Below are positions 19,376 through 29,794 of a DNA stretch of 48,844 nt, in pieces; positions within the stretch are counted from its first letter, which is position 1; each line of letters begins with the position of its first letter. Source of the DNA: Acholeplasmataceae bacterium (GTDB taxonomy: Bacteria; Bacillota_I; Bacilli_A; Acholeplasmatales; Acholeplasmataceae); NCBI GenBank assembly GCA_034007485.1, contig JAVEQT010000004.1, forward strand, positions 1 to 48,844, given 5' to 3'. The translations under genes and the position numbers were made by a program. The notes under the pieces are model-generated. The model had not been told where the DNA came from, made no database searches, and saw only the letters and a list, made by a program, of their open reading frames with translations.

Positions 19376-20032
19376 TTAGTTAACGTAAGGACGTTTTTCT
19401 TCTTCTTTATCGACAATAGGACGTTTTTCTTCTTCAATTTGCTTTTCTTTATCCTTTTGTTTACCTTCATTCAACTGTTTAGCATGCTCTCTGTATTTTG
19501 AATATCCACCATAGCCATCATAGCCGAGATAGACAGCACCGATGACTGAGATAATCAATAAGAATAGAGCAACTGAGCCTTGATCAAATCCTGGAAGAAC
19601 TGCAATGACAGTACCTAAAGTGAGTGCAGCAATATGAAACCAGAATTTTGGTATTTCTGTTTTTTCACCAAAGAAGACAACAGAATTGAAGAAAACAAGA
19701 CCTCGTGCATAAAAGAAGAATGCGAGCGAGTAACGATAAACATAACCCCAAATCGCTTCATTTTCAAGATCACGACTGAGTGCGATGTAAATCATTAAAC
19801 CACCAATGATGGTATCGAAAATAATTTCGATTAAATTCATGGTTCTTAATACTTCTTTGTTTAAAGATTTCATCAATGGAATAACCCTAAACAAAGAGAA
19901 TACAACAATCGCCACACCTGTGATGGTATAAACAACTTGTGATGTAAAAAAGGATAGTATACCTACGACAAGTAAGATAGCAGCTAGTACAAATTTGATG
20001 ACCCAACCATACCCATATTGTGCTTTACTCAT
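19376..20032 (-). CDS. Hypothetical membrane protein (about 6 TM, HdeD/DUF308-like) with charged tail
   Basis: Hydrophobic helices; RBS GGAGGA before the ATG at 20032. Confidence 0.7.
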   Translation of the reverse strand: MSKAQYGYGWVIKFVLAAILLVVGILSFFTSQVVYTITGVAIVVFSLFRVIPLMKSLNKEVLRTMNLIEIIFDTIIGGLMIYIALSRDLENEAIWGYVYRYSLAFFFYARGLVFFNSVVFFGEKTEIPKFWFHIAALTLGTVIAVLPGFDQGSVALFLLIISVIGAVYLGYDGYGGYSKYREHAKQLNEGKQKDKEKQIEEEKRPIVDKEEEKRPYVN

Positions 20033-20186
20033 AATGATTCCTCCTATGTATTTATCTAATTGCATTATATAGCAATCTGTTCTTGAATGCAATTGAATCA
20101 GAAGATATGGCTATGATATCATCAAACATTTTAAACAGATTTATGGTATAAATAAGTTGAATCTATGAAATGAGGAGTAATATTTT

Positions 20187-20687
20187 ATGAAAAGAAGAAT
20201 TATTGCAGCAACACCTTTGATCAGTCTCATGTTATTTTTGTTTTTTGGGCTGTATAACAGCAATTGGAGTTTAGGAGCAAGTTTTTTCTTTTTGATTCCT
20301 ATGAGTTGGGTTTTACTCAGTAGTAACCCATGGAAGAGGTTATCAGATATGATGCCTTTAGTTGCTTTAGCTGTCTTTTTATGGATTGGCTTTGGCTTTA
20401 AGATTTGGCATCCGACATGGCTCGTATTCTTTACGGTTCCTTTGGTTAATTTGATTGTAGAAAGAAAAATTGATGTTAGGAAGTTAGTAGCCATTTTCGT
20501 AACTGTTGCTTATATTGTAGTTGGTCTTTTGACTGAAGAGTGGCATCCTACATGGATCATGTTTTTATTAATACCGATTATTAATACAATCTTCTTTCCT
20601 AAAAAGACAAGTATTATTTATAGTCAAGGAACTATTCGAAGTAAAATCAGACATTATGTGATTGACGAAGAGCGTGACGATGAATAA
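20187..20687 (+). CDS. Hypothetical membrane protein with repeated WHPTW helical hairpins
   Basis: IWHPTWLVFFTVP and EWHPTWIMFLLIP; RBS GAGGAG. Confidence 0.75.
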   Translation: MKRRIIAATPLISLMLFLFFGLYNSNWSLGASFFFLIPMSWVLLSSNPWKRLSDMMPLVALAVFLWIGFGFKIWHPTWLVFFTVPLVNLIVERKIDVRKLVAIFVTVAYIVVGLLTEEWHPTWIMFLLIPIINTIFFPKKTSIIYSQGTIRSKIRHYVIDEERDDE

Positions 20688-20716
20688 AAAATGGAGCAAT
20701 GGGCTCCATTTTTTTT
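20686..20716. terminator. Bidirectional terminator
   Basis: AAAAAATGGAGC-AATGG-GCTCCATTTTTT. Confidence 0.8.
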
Positions 20717-20727
20717 CGTCTGAATGT

Positions 20728-21357
20728 TTAATGTTCTATATTAAATCTATTTTCTATGAAATAGGGGTGTTCAGGTGTGATAATGAAAAAGAGAAGAATA
20801 CCAGCAACAAGACCGCCTAAATGACCGAAGATACTGATATTAGCAATAACAAATGTTAAGATCAAATTTAAGACCATCAAGTTTTGAATGGAGCGTATCG
20901 TTCTTGGATCGAACCAATTCTTTCTTAAAATCGTTAGCATGAATAAGCCACCCATAATGCCAAAGATGGCACCGGATGCTCCAACAGTAACGGTATGTGG
21001 GTCTCCAAAATACGTGATGACCAAAGATGAGACAATGCCAGAAAAAAAGTATAAAAGTAAAAATTTTCTTGGACCAATTAATTGTTCCATGTGACCACCC
21101 AAATAATAGAGCACATACATATTCATCAGAAAATGAAAAACGTTAGCATGTAAAAACATACCTGTAATCAATCTAAAATACTCATTTTCATCTAAAATAA
21201 AGGGTGGAAATATGGCACCAAGACGCACGATATTTTCGATATCAAAACCACCTGTTAGTAATGTGACAACAAAGAACAAAAAATTAAGAAGGATTAAAAA
21301 AGCATTGATAGGATGTTTTTTAATATAGATAGTAACCACACTTTGAGAATTCATCAT
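20728..21357 (-). CDS. Rhomboid family intramembrane serine protease
   Basis: RLITGMFLH, HFLMNM, GASGAIFG (Ser), GHLGGLVAG (His). Confidence 0.95.
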   Translation of the reverse strand: MMNSQSVVTIYIKKHPINAFLILLNFLFFVVTLLTGGFDIENIVRLGAIFPPFILDENEYFRLITGMFLHANVFHFLMNMYVLYYLGGHMEQLIGPRKFLLLYFFSGIVSSLVITYFGDPHTVTVGASGAIFGIMGGLFMLTILRKNWFDPRTIRSIQNLMVLNLILTFVIANISIFGHLGGLVAGILLFFIITPEHPYFIENRFNIEH

Positions 21358-21419
21358 ATTCACCTAATTTACTGATTACTTTATATTTTATCATGAATGA
21401 CATTGAAGTATAAAGAAAA

Positions 21420-21440
21420 AGATAGAGAGTATCTCTATCT
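21420..21440 (-). terminator. Terminator after guaC
   Basis: AGATAGAGA-GTA-TCTCTATCT preceded by an A-run. Confidence 0.65.
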
Positions 21441-22527
21441 AATGCTTTTCCTTGACGAATACATCATTGTATTGACGATGAACTTTGATAAATGTTGTAC
21501 ATTTAGAAAGTTGTTTTAATGTAGGAGCTCCAACATAAGTACATGTGGATCTGACACCACCTAAAATATCTTTAATGCTCGTTTCAACTTGACCTTTATA
21601 TGGGATTTTAACTGTTCGACCTTCTGAACTACGGTAATCAGCAACTTCACCATGATGTTTAATCATCGCTGTGGATGAACTCATACCATAAAACTCGACA
21701 AATTGTCGTTTAACAAAAATGTTATCGCCTGTTTTTTCATCTCTTTGTTGGGTATCGTGATATTCAGTAATCACTTGTCCACCACCTTCAATGTGACCAG
21801 CAAACATACCACCAAGCATGACAAAATCAGCACCTGCGCCAAAAGCTTTAGCAACGTCACCAGGGCAAGTGCATCCACCATCACTGATGATATGTGCACC
21901 TAAACCATGTGCAGCATCAGCACATTCGATGATTGCTGATAGTTGTGGATAACCCACACCAGTTTGGATACGCGTGGTACATACGGAACCTGGACCGATA
22001 CCGACTTTAACAATATCAGCGCCTCTTAAGATAAGTTCTTGAGTCATGTCTGCAGTTACAACATTACCAGCAATAATGACATGTTCAGGATAGTTTTTTC
22101 TAACATTTTCAACGAAATCACCAAAGTGTTCTGAATAGCCATTGGCGACATCAATACATATGAATTTGATTTCAGGGTTTCTTCTTAAAACTTCTTTTAA
22201 GTTTGCAAAATCTGCTTTGGATGTTCCTGTAGATACAGCAAAATGATTAGGATTAAGTTGACTTATTTGTGATGAAATATCTTCAATAGAGTAACTTTTG
22301 ACAAGACAGGTAAATAAGCCATGTTTTTGTAAAGCAACAGCCATATCAATGGTACCAACACCATCCATGTTTGCTGCCATAATCGGTACACCTTTCCAGG
22401 TTTGTTTGCTATGTTTAAATACATATTCTCGATTTAAATCAACATCTCTTCTACTGGATAAAGTAGATCTTTTTGGACGGATTAAAACATCACTAAAATC
22501 AAGCTTATCATCAAATTCAATACGCAT
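21439..22527 (-). CDS. guaC: GMP reductase (long, E. coli/eukaryote-like type)
   Basis: [52 protein letters not shown]; RBS GAGGTG before the ATG at 22527. Confidence 0.95.
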   Translation of the reverse strand: MRIEFDDKLDFSDVLIRPKRSTLSSRRDVDLNREYVFKHSKQTWKGVPIMAANMDGVGTIDMAVALQKHGLFTCLVKSYSIEDISSQISQLNPNHFAVSTGTSKADFANLKEVLRRNPEIKFICIDVANGYSEHFGDFVENVRKNYPEHVIIAGNVVTADMTQELILRGADIVKVGIGPGSVCTTRIQTGVGYPQLSAIIECADAAHGLGAHIISDGGCTCPGDVAKAFGAGADFVMLGGMFAGHIEGGGQVITEYHDTQQRDEKTGDNIFVKRQFVEFYGMSSSTAMIKHHGEVADYRSSEGRTVKIPYKGQVETSIKDILGGVRSTCTYVGAPTLKQLSKCTTFIKVHRQYNDVFVKEKH

Positions 22528-22667
22528 AGTACACCTCAACAGATAAATTTTTAACTACGTTACTATTATAAGTGATAATAGGCTTTTCTTGAAGATGAAA
22601 ATGAAAAAACGTAAAAATTCTTCATAACAAAAATACGTCTTTTGTGATGATGAAATAAATTGTGTTG

Positions 22668-22676
22668 TGCTATAAT
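22668..22676 (+). promoter_or_regulatory. Extended -10 promoter of the tRNA gene
   Basis: TGCTATAAT about 18 nt upstream of the tRNA. Confidence 0.65.
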
Positions 22677-22694
22677 GTGGTTGCAAACAGGTTA

Positions 22695-22771
22695 CGGGTA
22701 GTGGCTCAGCTTGGTAGAGCACCTGGTTCGGGACTAGGAGGTCGCAGGTTCAAATCCTGTCTACCCGACCA
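22695..22771 (+). tRNA. tRNA-Pro (anticodon CGG)
   Basis: Acceptor stem CGGGTAG/CTACCCG plus ACCA; D-arm GCTCAGCTTGGTAGAGC; anticodon arm CCTGG-TTCGGGA-CTAGG; T-arm CAGG-TTCAAAT-CCTG. Confidence 0.96.
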
Positions 22772-22778
22772 TGAAATC

Positions 22779-22807
22779 AAACAATCATCTCAGATGGTTG
22801 TTTTTTT
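22779..22807 (+). terminator. tRNA terminator
   Basis: AAACAATCATCT-C-AGATGGTTGTTT followed by a T-run. Confidence 0.75.
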
Positions 22808-22835
22808 GTTATAATAAACGTATAGGATGGTTATC

Positions 22836-23963
22836 ATGCGATACTTAATCATGTCAGATAGTTTTAAAGGAACCATGTCAAGTGAAGAAGCCAATCAGAT
22901 TATAAAAGATGCGATTCGTTTATATGATCAAGAAGCACATATTATAACCCGAGCGATTGCAGATGGTGGAGAGGGAACACTCAAAGCATTCAGTGAAATG
23001 ATTGCTGGTTCTTTTGTCATGGTCGAAGTATCCGATTTGGGATTTAATCTTATCAAAGCGCCACTTTTTATATCAAGTGATAAAGATATAGCTGTCATCG
23101 AAATGGCAAGTGTTGCTGGATTAGGACTTAAGAAAAAAGAACAAACACCTGATCTCACCACCACGTTTGGAGTTGGAGAACTCATCATGCATGCTTACCG
23201 TTTAGGCGCAAAATCCATCATGGTAGGTTGTGGTGGAAGTGCAACACATGATGCAGGTGCTGGTATGATGGCTGCTTGTGGCGTTAGATTTAGTGACGAT
23301 CAAGGTCGTCAGTTTATACCCACAGGTAAAACATTAAAAGATATTGTTGCCATTGATACAAGTCATGTTGATAAAAATCTTTTTCAGTTGAACATTGTCG
23401 CATTAACTGATGTCAACAATCCCCTTTTTGGCAAGCAAGGTGCGGCTTACATCTATGCCAGTCAAAAAGGTGCTGATGAAACAATGGTAAAATCGTTAGA
23501 TGAAAACACCATCCATTTTGATGAGATTGTTAAAGAGCAATTGAAAAAAGATGTTGCTCATCTGCCTAAAACAGGTGCAGCAGGTGGTTTATCTTATGGT
23601 TTAATGGTGTTATGTGATGCATCTTTAAAATCTGGGATAGATACGATGCTTGATTTGTGTCATGTTGATGATTTAATGAGTGATGCTGATATCATCATAA
23701 CAGGTGAAGGAAAACTTGATAAGCAATCACTTGAAGGAAAAACGGTGATTGGTATTGCTCAAAAAGCAAAAAACTTAACGAAAGTAATTGCTTTTGTCGG
23801 TCAATATGAAGGTGATAAACAGTTGTATCTAGATGCTGGTCTTCATGAGATTATCGAGACTAATCCTGATCATTTACCTTTTGATCAGATTAAAGACCAA
23901 TCTAAAGATGATTTAGTTGTTGCAGTACACACGTGGATTAAAAAATATATGAACAAGAATTGA
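22836..23963 (+). CDS. glxK: Glycerate kinase
   Basis: DSFKGTMS, IADGGEGT, GCGGSATHDAG, DVNNPL.G, GAAGG, TGEGKLDKQS. Confidence 0.93.
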   Translation: MRYLIMSDSFKGTMSSEEANQIIKDAIRLYDQEAHIITRAIADGGEGTLKAFSEMIAGSFVMVEVSDLGFNLIKAPLFISSDKDIAVIEMASVAGLGLKKKEQTPDLTTTFGVGELIMHAYRLGAKSIMVGCGGSATHDAGAGMMAACGVRFSDDQGRQFIPTGKTLKDIVAIDTSHVDKNLFQLNIVALTDVNNPLFGKQGAAYIYASQKGADETMVKSLDENTIHFDEIVKEQLKKDVAHLPKTGAAGGLSYGLMVLCDASLKSGIDTMLDLCHVDDLMSDADIIITGEGKLDKQSLEGKTVIGIAQKAKNLTKVIAFVGQYEGDKQLYLDAGLHEIIETNPDHLPFDQIKDQSKDDLVVAVHTWIKKYMNKN

Positions 23964-23973
23964 GGGTTAATCA

Positions 23974-24669
23974 ATGAAAAAATTAGGAATGCTCGGTGGT
24001 ATGAGCTATGAGTCAACAGCTGTTTATTATCAATTGATTAATCATGAGATCAATAAACAATTAAAATCCTCACATTCTGCTGAAATCATCATGTATTCGT
24101 TTGATTATGATGAATTAGAAAAACGATTGGAAAAACATTTGTGGCAGGAAATCGAAGATCGAATGGTAGAAGAAGCATATAAACTCATATCAGTTGGTGC
24201 GGAAGGTATCATGCTTTGTGCCAATACGATACACCAAATCGCGCCAGGATTAGAGAAAAAAATAAGCGTACCATTGATTCATATCGTTAAGGAAACGTAT
24301 AAAGAAGTCAAAAAAATGAATTTAAAAAAAGTGGGGCTAATTGGTACGAAATATACCATGGAAAGCACCATGTATCCTTCTTATTTTAATGAACATGGTA
24401 TAGAAGTCATCGTTCCTGATCAGCATGATCAACAAGTGATTCATGACATTATTTATAAAGAACTGATCATTGGGAATTTCAATGATGAAAGTCGTCAAAA
24501 AATACTTCACATTATTGATCATATGCATGTTGATGGTATTATTTTAGGATGCACAGAATTGCCGATGCTCATTAAAAAAGAACATCTTCCGATTCACCGG
24601 TTTGATACGATGGAAATTCATGCAAAGGCAGCTGCAAAATGGATGCTGAGTGATACATATGATCTATGA
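23974..24669 (+). CDS. Aspartate/glutamate racemase family protein
   Basis: LGMLGGMSYEST..YY; both catalytic Cys motifs present (CANT, LGCTEL). Confidence 0.92.
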   Translation: MKKLGMLGGMSYESTAVYYQLINHEINKQLKSSHSAEIIMYSFDYDELEKRLEKHLWQEIEDRMVEEAYKLISVGAEGIMLCANTIHQIAPGLEKKISVPLIHIVKETYKEVKKMNLKKVGLIGTKYTMESTMYPSYFNEHGIEVIVPDQHDQQVIHDIIYKELIIGNFNDESRQKILHIIDHMHVDGIILGCTELPMLIKKEHLPIHRFDTMEIHAKAAAKWMLSDTYDL

Positions 24670-25900
24670 TCTTATTATTGTAGGTGGTGGCCCTGCTGGA
24701 TTGATGGCTGCCAATGTATGCGAAACATATCATCTCAACTATTTATTACTTGAAAAAAATGATCAATTGGCTAAAAAGCTTTTATTAACTGGTGGAAAAA
24801 GATGTAACATCACGAATAACTTAAGTGTATCCTCATTTATTGAATCGCTTAATATGAAACACAAAAGATTTTTATATCCTGCATTAACTCAATTTTCTTC
24901 AAAGCAAATTCTCAACTTTTTTGAAGAACGAGGGCTTCGTTTTTTACTTGAACAGGATTTGAAATATTTTCCAGAAACACAAAAGAGTAGAAGTGTTTTA
25001 GATGCTTTATTAAAAGATATGAATAAAGACCGTATTCATTATGTAGAACCTGTTAAATCCATAGAACGTGATCAGGATTTATGGAATGTGAAAACACACA
25101 TAGAAACATATCAAACCAAGCATGTGATGGTTGCTACTGGATCTAAAGCTTATCCCACCACGGGAAGCAGTGGAGATGGCTATCATTTTGCTCATCAATT
25201 AGGTATTAAAATGATACCTTTATTACCTGCAGAAACACATGTATATAGCGATGAAATAAAAACAAAATATAAAGACATGCAAGGCATTAGTCTAACGCAA
25301 TCTTCACTTATCATCGAAAAGTCAAAACAAACATATCCTAAAGGTATTCTGTTTACACATTTTGGATTAAGTGGGCCAAGTGTCTTACATGCATCTGAAG
25401 ATATCGCGAAAAGATTATTAGAAGAAGATGTCTATGTTCGTTTCTCCTTATCAGATAGCGATGAAAAGGATGTTTTAGAGCACTTTGATATAGCATTGAG
25501 TCAAAATCTTTTTCTCAGTCAATTTCTAGAACTCATCGTGATTAAACGTGTGGTTAAACTTTTACCCCAATGGATATCCATTGATAATAAAAGATTAAAA
25601 GAATATAGCAAAAAAGATGTTAACCTTATATTGGATACCATATTACATTTCAGATTAAAAATAGATCGTGTTGAATCTTTAGATAAAGCATTTGTGAATG
25701 CAGGGGGTATTGATGTTTCTGAACTCGACCCAAAATCGATGATGGTTAAAAAATATCCAGGTCTTTATTTTGTAGGAGAAATCAACGATTTACAAGGTCC
25801 TATTGGAGGATTTAACATTACCATTGCTTTTTCGACAGCACACCTTGCTGCCATGGACATTGTTCAAAGAATAAATCAACAAAAAGATAGTTTTGCTTGA
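24659..25900 (+). CDS. HI0933/BaiN-like flavoprotein
   Basis: IVGGGPAGLMAA, KKLLLTGGKRCNITN, ATG..YPTTGSSGDGY, LFTHFGLSGP, GPIGGFNI. Confidence 0.93.
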   Translation: MIYDLIIVGGGPAGLMAANVCETYHLNYLLLEKNDQLAKKLLLTGGKRCNITNNLSVSSFIESLNMKHKRFLYPALTQFSSKQILNFFEERGLRFLLEQDLKYFPETQKSRSVLDALLKDMNKDRIHYVEPVKSIERDQDLWNVKTHIETYQTKHVMVATGSKAYPTTGSSGDGYHFAHQLGIKMIPLLPAETHVYSDEIKTKYKDMQGISLTQSSLIIEKSKQTYPKGILFTHFGLSGPSVLHASEDIAKRLLEEDVYVRFSLSDSDEKDVLEHFDIALSQNLFLSQFLELIVIKRVVKLLPQWISIDNKRLKEYSKKDVNLILDTILHFRLKIDRVESLDKAFVNAGGIDVSELDPKSMMVKKYPGLYFVGEINDLQGPIGGFNITIAFSTAHLAAMDIVQRINQQKDSFA

Positions 25901-25925
25901 TATAATGATAGTGAAATGAGGGGAT

Positions 25926-27173
25926 ATGATGATTAGAGCTATTATGTTAGGTGCAGGTAATAGAGGGCTTGGAACTTACGGAGCTTTTGCTTTAAAAAAC
26001 CCGGGAGAAATTGAATTTATTGCTATTGCTGATCCAGATCAAACCAGAAGAGATTATTTTGCTTCTGAACATAAAATTGATCAAGATATGCGATTTGATG
26101 AAGCTTCTGAAGTCTTTAAATTACCGAAATTTGCTGATGCTGTTTTCATATGTACTCAAGATAGACAGCATATTGATCAAGTTTTAAAAGCTTTAAGACT
26201 TGGGTACCATGTCTTTTTAGAAAAGCCCATGGCTATTAAACCTAAAGATATTTTAAGAATTGAAAAGCAACAGAAAATGTATCATCGTAAGCTTGTTGTT
26301 GCACACGTTTTAAGATATTCCCCATTCTTTATGACGCTGAAACAACTTTTGGATGAAAAAACCATTGGTGATATTATGGCATTAAATCATGTTGAAAATG
26401 TCGGGTATTATCACCATGCACATAGTTATGTGAGAGGGAATTGGAGAAATGCAGATATATCTAGTCCCATGATTTTAGCGAAATCATGTCATGATATGGA
26501 TATTATTGCGTATTTACTAGATGAAAAACCACGCTATATCTCCTCGTTTGGAGAACTTACTTATTTTAAAAAAGAGACCATGCCTGATGTACCAAAATAC
26601 TGTTTAGATGGTTGTAAAATTCAAGATAGTTGTCCTTTTTATGCACCAAAGGTTTACTTAAACGCAGCTGATTGGATGAGGTTTCCAGTCTCAAATGATT
26701 TATCTGATGAAGCCATTTTAGAAGCTTTAAAAAAAGGTCCGTACGGCAGATGTGTTTATCGATCTGACAATAACGTCGTCGATCATCAGGTCGTTTCCAT
26801 GATGTTTGATAAAGGAATTACTGTGAATTTTATGATGACCGCTTTTACGAATGAGATCAAAAGAACACTTCATATTATGGGCACTAAAGGTGAAATCTTT
26901 GGAGACATGAACAACCCAGAAATTAAAGTTAAAGTCTTTGGACAATCTGAATATCTGGTTAAAGTAGATGTTGGAGAAGGTGGACATGGTGGTGGTGATG
27001 AAGGCATTATGAAGCGATTTATCAATGCACTAAAATATGATTGGGATACGACAAAAGATGTGGAAATTGCAGTCACGGGACACTTGATGGCATTTGCTGC
27101 TGAAGAATCAAGAATTGAAGGTAAAGTGATTGATTATCAAACGTATGTGGGGGAGAAATATGCTTCACGTTAG
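25926..27173 (+). CDS. Gfo/Idh/MocA family oxidoreductase
   Basis: LGAGNRG, EKPMA, HVLRY, HSYVRGNW, KSCHDMD, GHGGGD. Confidence 0.92.
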   Translation: MMIRAIMLGAGNRGLGTYGAFALKNPGEIEFIAIADPDQTRRDYFASEHKIDQDMRFDEASEVFKLPKFADAVFICTQDRQHIDQVLKALRLGYHVFLEKPMAIKPKDILRIEKQQKMYHRKLVVAHVLRYSPFFMTLKQLLDEKTIGDIMALNHVENVGYYHHAHSYVRGNWRNADISSPMILAKSCHDMDIIAYLLDEKPRYISSFGELTYFKKETMPDVPKYCLDGCKIQDSCPFYAPKVYLNAADWMRFPVSNDLSDEAILEALKKGPYGRCVYRSDNNVVDHQVVSMMFDKGITVNFMMTAFTNEIKRTLHIMGTKGEIFGDMNNPEIKVKVFGQSEYLVKVDVGEGGHGGGDEGIMKRFINALKYDWDTTKDVEIAVTGHLMAFAAEESRIEGKVIDYQTYVGEKYASR

Positions 27174-28230
27174 ACAAGCAAAACCTGGCGAAGAGAAAAA
27201 GGTGGCAGATTTAGCCGTCCAGATATTTAAACCTAATATGAGAGAACAATTCGTTCGTCTTTTTCATGTAAACAATATTCAACACATTTTTGTTGCTGCT
27301 GATGATGAAGACATTGTATCGGCCTTGAACTATTATCAAACAGGCATGTTGACCAGTCACGGACAAATGAATGTCGCATCTATTGGTGCTGTTTGCACAA
27401 AAGATGAGTATCGTAAGCAAGGTCTTTCATCAAAACTCTTAGGATTAGCAGAAGATAGCATGTTGAAAGAAAACATCGACTTTGTCATCATTTCAGGAAG
27501 AAGAGGATTGTATCAACGTTTTGGTGCACGAGATGTTGGTGCGATGTTTTACTACAACCTCAATCAATCAAACGATAGTAAGAAAGTTAATCTACGTTTA
27601 TTTGATGGACATTATGAAGTTCTCTATCATGAATACAATCAAGAAGATATCAGATATATCAGGGCATATGATGAATTCCAAGATCTTTTTTTAAGTCAGA
27701 CATTTCCAGATAGTTATCAAACATATCACACGTATGTCATATATGAAGATGATCTACCAAAAGCTTATGTTATTGTCATCGATCACAAAGATAAGATGAG
27801 TCTCGAAGTGAAAGAAATGGCTGGATCACGATCACATATTGCTTCTGCTTTTTCTGCATTGATGAATCTTCATAAGAAAACTTCAGTAGAAATCTATGTC
27901 CCATACTCAGATAAGTTGAATCATGAGTTAAAAGAACTAGGTGAACAGACAACACAGCACGCTACTTTAAAAATCATTTCAAAAAGTTCATTCTTTGAAA
28001 AATTAAATCATGATTTTGTAAACAAGCAAAAAAAGATAACGTTAAAAAATGAAAATGATATAACCATTTTAGAGATAGGTACGAATCGTTACCAATTAAA
28101 TCATGATGAAACACACCAACTTATCTTTTCTGGTAAGATTCCAAAGCGTATTGATCAAAAACATCATCAAACGATCCAAAGTGTATTTCCTATAGTGTTG
28201 CCTTGGTCCCATAATTTAAATTATCAATAA
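27160..28230 (+). CDS. GNAT family acetyltransferase (Eis-like architecture)
   Basis: IGAVCTKDEYRKQGL motif A, GLYQRFG; RBS GGGGAG before the ATG at 27160. Confidence 0.8.
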   Translation: MLHVRQAKPGEEKKVADLAVQIFKPNMREQFVRLFHVNNIQHIFVAADDEDIVSALNYYQTGMLTSHGQMNVASIGAVCTKDEYRKQGLSSKLLGLAEDSMLKENIDFVIISGRRGLYQRFGARDVGAMFYYNLNQSNDSKKVNLRLFDGHYEVLYHEYNQEDIRYIRAYDEFQDLFLSQTFPDSYQTYHTYVIYEDDLPKAYVIVIDHKDKMSLEVKEMAGSRSHIASAFSALMNLHKKTSVEIYVPYSDKLNHELKELGEQTTQHATLKIISKSSFFEKLNHDFVNKQKKITLKNENDITILEIGTNRYQLNHDETHQLIFSGKIPKRIDQKHHQTIQSVFPIVLPWSHNLNYQ

Positions 28231-28257
28231 AGGGTAGTCAACCTACCCTCATTTTTT
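28231..28257 (+). terminator. Intrinsic terminator
   Basis: AGGGTAG-TCAAC-CTACCCT followed by a T-run. Confidence 0.7.
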
Positions 28258-28343
28258 GATGAGACAGGTGAAAATATCGTTCACATGTTCAATCGCTCGT
28301 TTTTGATTTATAATAGAATTACAAAAAAACAACAGGAGTACAC

Positions 28344-29492
28344 ATGAAAAAGTATATATATCTTGTTTTAATTGTTATATTTTTATTAGCAGGTCTTATC
28401 TTTCAAAATCAAAACTTAACTCTAAATGCACAAGAAGAGCCATATGATGTGGTTTATTTTGGATCACGTTTTTGCCAGGTATGTCAAGCACTTGAGGATA
28501 GTGATCAGATCTTTGATGTGATGGAAAGCCAAGGGTTAGTCGTTAAAAAATACATCTTAGAAGACGATGCTTCTTATACAAAATTGTTTAGAGACTATCA
28601 ATTTACCTTTGATGTGCCTCAAACGAGTTCATCAGTACCGATTATCTTTGTTGGAAATACTTATTTTTCTGGCAGAACTGATATCGTGAATGCCGTTGAA
28701 GATATGACCGTTTTAAATCTTGCAAATAGTGAGAGTATGCCAACGATATTGAGTGCACCACCGAGTGATTTTTCTTTAGTATATTTTATATTATTAGGGT
28801 TTGTTGATGGGGTTAACCCATGTGCAATCGCTATGCTTTTAATTTTTATATCGATGTTAGGTTTTACAAAAAATAAACGTGTATTAATCATGGTGAGTTT
28901 GACGTTTATTTCTGCCATTTTTATCAGCTATTTCTTATTTGGAACTATTTTATATAACTATCTTAATAAACTTCAGTTTTTATCCTTTTTGGTGACTGCA
29001 GTCCCTTGGATCATCATTGGATTAACTGGGATATTGTTTTTGCTCAACTTTTATGATTTTGTAGTGACATTTTTACAAAAATACAATCTTGTTAAAAATC
29101 AGTTACCTCAAGGCATTCAAAAATTTAATCGAAAACTCATGGCTAAGTTTACTCAAACCATGGAAGAGGATAGCAAAAAAATATATGTCATCACCTTTTT
29201 GATTGGCCTCATCATCTCATTTACTGAATTTTTATGTACAGGTCAAGCTTATTTAACAGCCATCCTTCACTTGATTCATTTTACAGATCACCTTTTTAGA
29301 GGTATCCTCTTATTGCTTGTTTATAATCTTATTTTTGTTTTACCATTGTTGATCATTACATTGATAGCTGTGAAAACACAATCGATCATGTCAATTTCGA
29401 ACTTTATGCGTGAGAAATTACATTGGATTAAGCTCTTTAATGCACTTGTATTTTTGGCAATTTTAATTTATTATTTACTATTTATGATTTAG
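28344..29492 (+). CDS. Thioredoxin-like CxxC domain fused to a CcdA/DsbD-type transmembrane domain
   Basis: Signal/TM segment, FCQVC, VPIIF; DGVNPCAI and EFLCTGQ.Y transmembrane Cys motifs. Confidence 0.82.
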   Translation: MKKYIYLVLIVIFLLAGLIFQNQNLTLNAQEEPYDVVYFGSRFCQVCQALEDSDQIFDVMESQGLVVKKYILEDDASYTKLFRDYQFTFDVPQTSSSVPIIFVGNTYFSGRTDIVNAVEDMTVLNLANSESMPTILSAPPSDFSLVYFILLGFVDGVNPCAIAMLLIFISMLGFTKNKRVLIMVSLTFISAIFISYFLFGTILYNYLNKLQFLSFLVTAVPWIIIGLTGILFLLNFYDFVVTFLQKYNLVKNQLPQGIQKFNRKLMAKFTQTMEEDSKKIYVITFLIGLIISFTEFLCTGQAYLTAILHLIHFTDHLFRGILLLLVYNLIFVLPLLIITLIAVKTQSIMSISNFMREKLHWIKLFNALVFLAILIYYLLFMI

Positions 29493-29496
29493 GAGG

Positions 29497-29790
29497 ATGA
29501 AAATGAAACATAAAATTGTGATCTATAATCATGACAATCTCGTGATTTATGAAGGAAAAGCACTCGATATGCCTATTAAAATGGATGCGATTAGAAAAAA
29601 ATCATTTGAATTATTTAAAGATCCAGATCCATGCATTATTCATCAGTCCTATGCCATTCAAAAGTTTGTAACGCCACTAATTGCAGAACTCAATAAAAAT
29701 GAAAAGGTTCATATGCATACATTAATCTCCGATACGTCATGGATTGATTTACCCAATATCGAAGACTGTTTCATCATGCTTAAGGGGTGA
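29497..29790 (+). CDS. Hypothetical protein
   Basis: RBS AGGAGG; fills the gap within an apparent operon. Confidence 0.7.
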   Translation: MKMKHKIVIYNHDNLVIYEGKALDMPIKMDAIRKKSFELFKDPDPCIIHQSYAIQKFVTPLIAELNKNEKVHMHTLISDTSWIDLPNIEDCFIMLKG

Positions 29791-29794
29791 TTAA

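Noticed and set aside
19387-19435. 30-bp-period duplication encoding EEEKRP twice
   Set aside because: A minor slippage duplication in a disordered charged tail
22695-22827. tRNA as a prophage or island attachment site
   Set aside because: No integrase, and I saw no duplicate of the tRNA 3' end in the window
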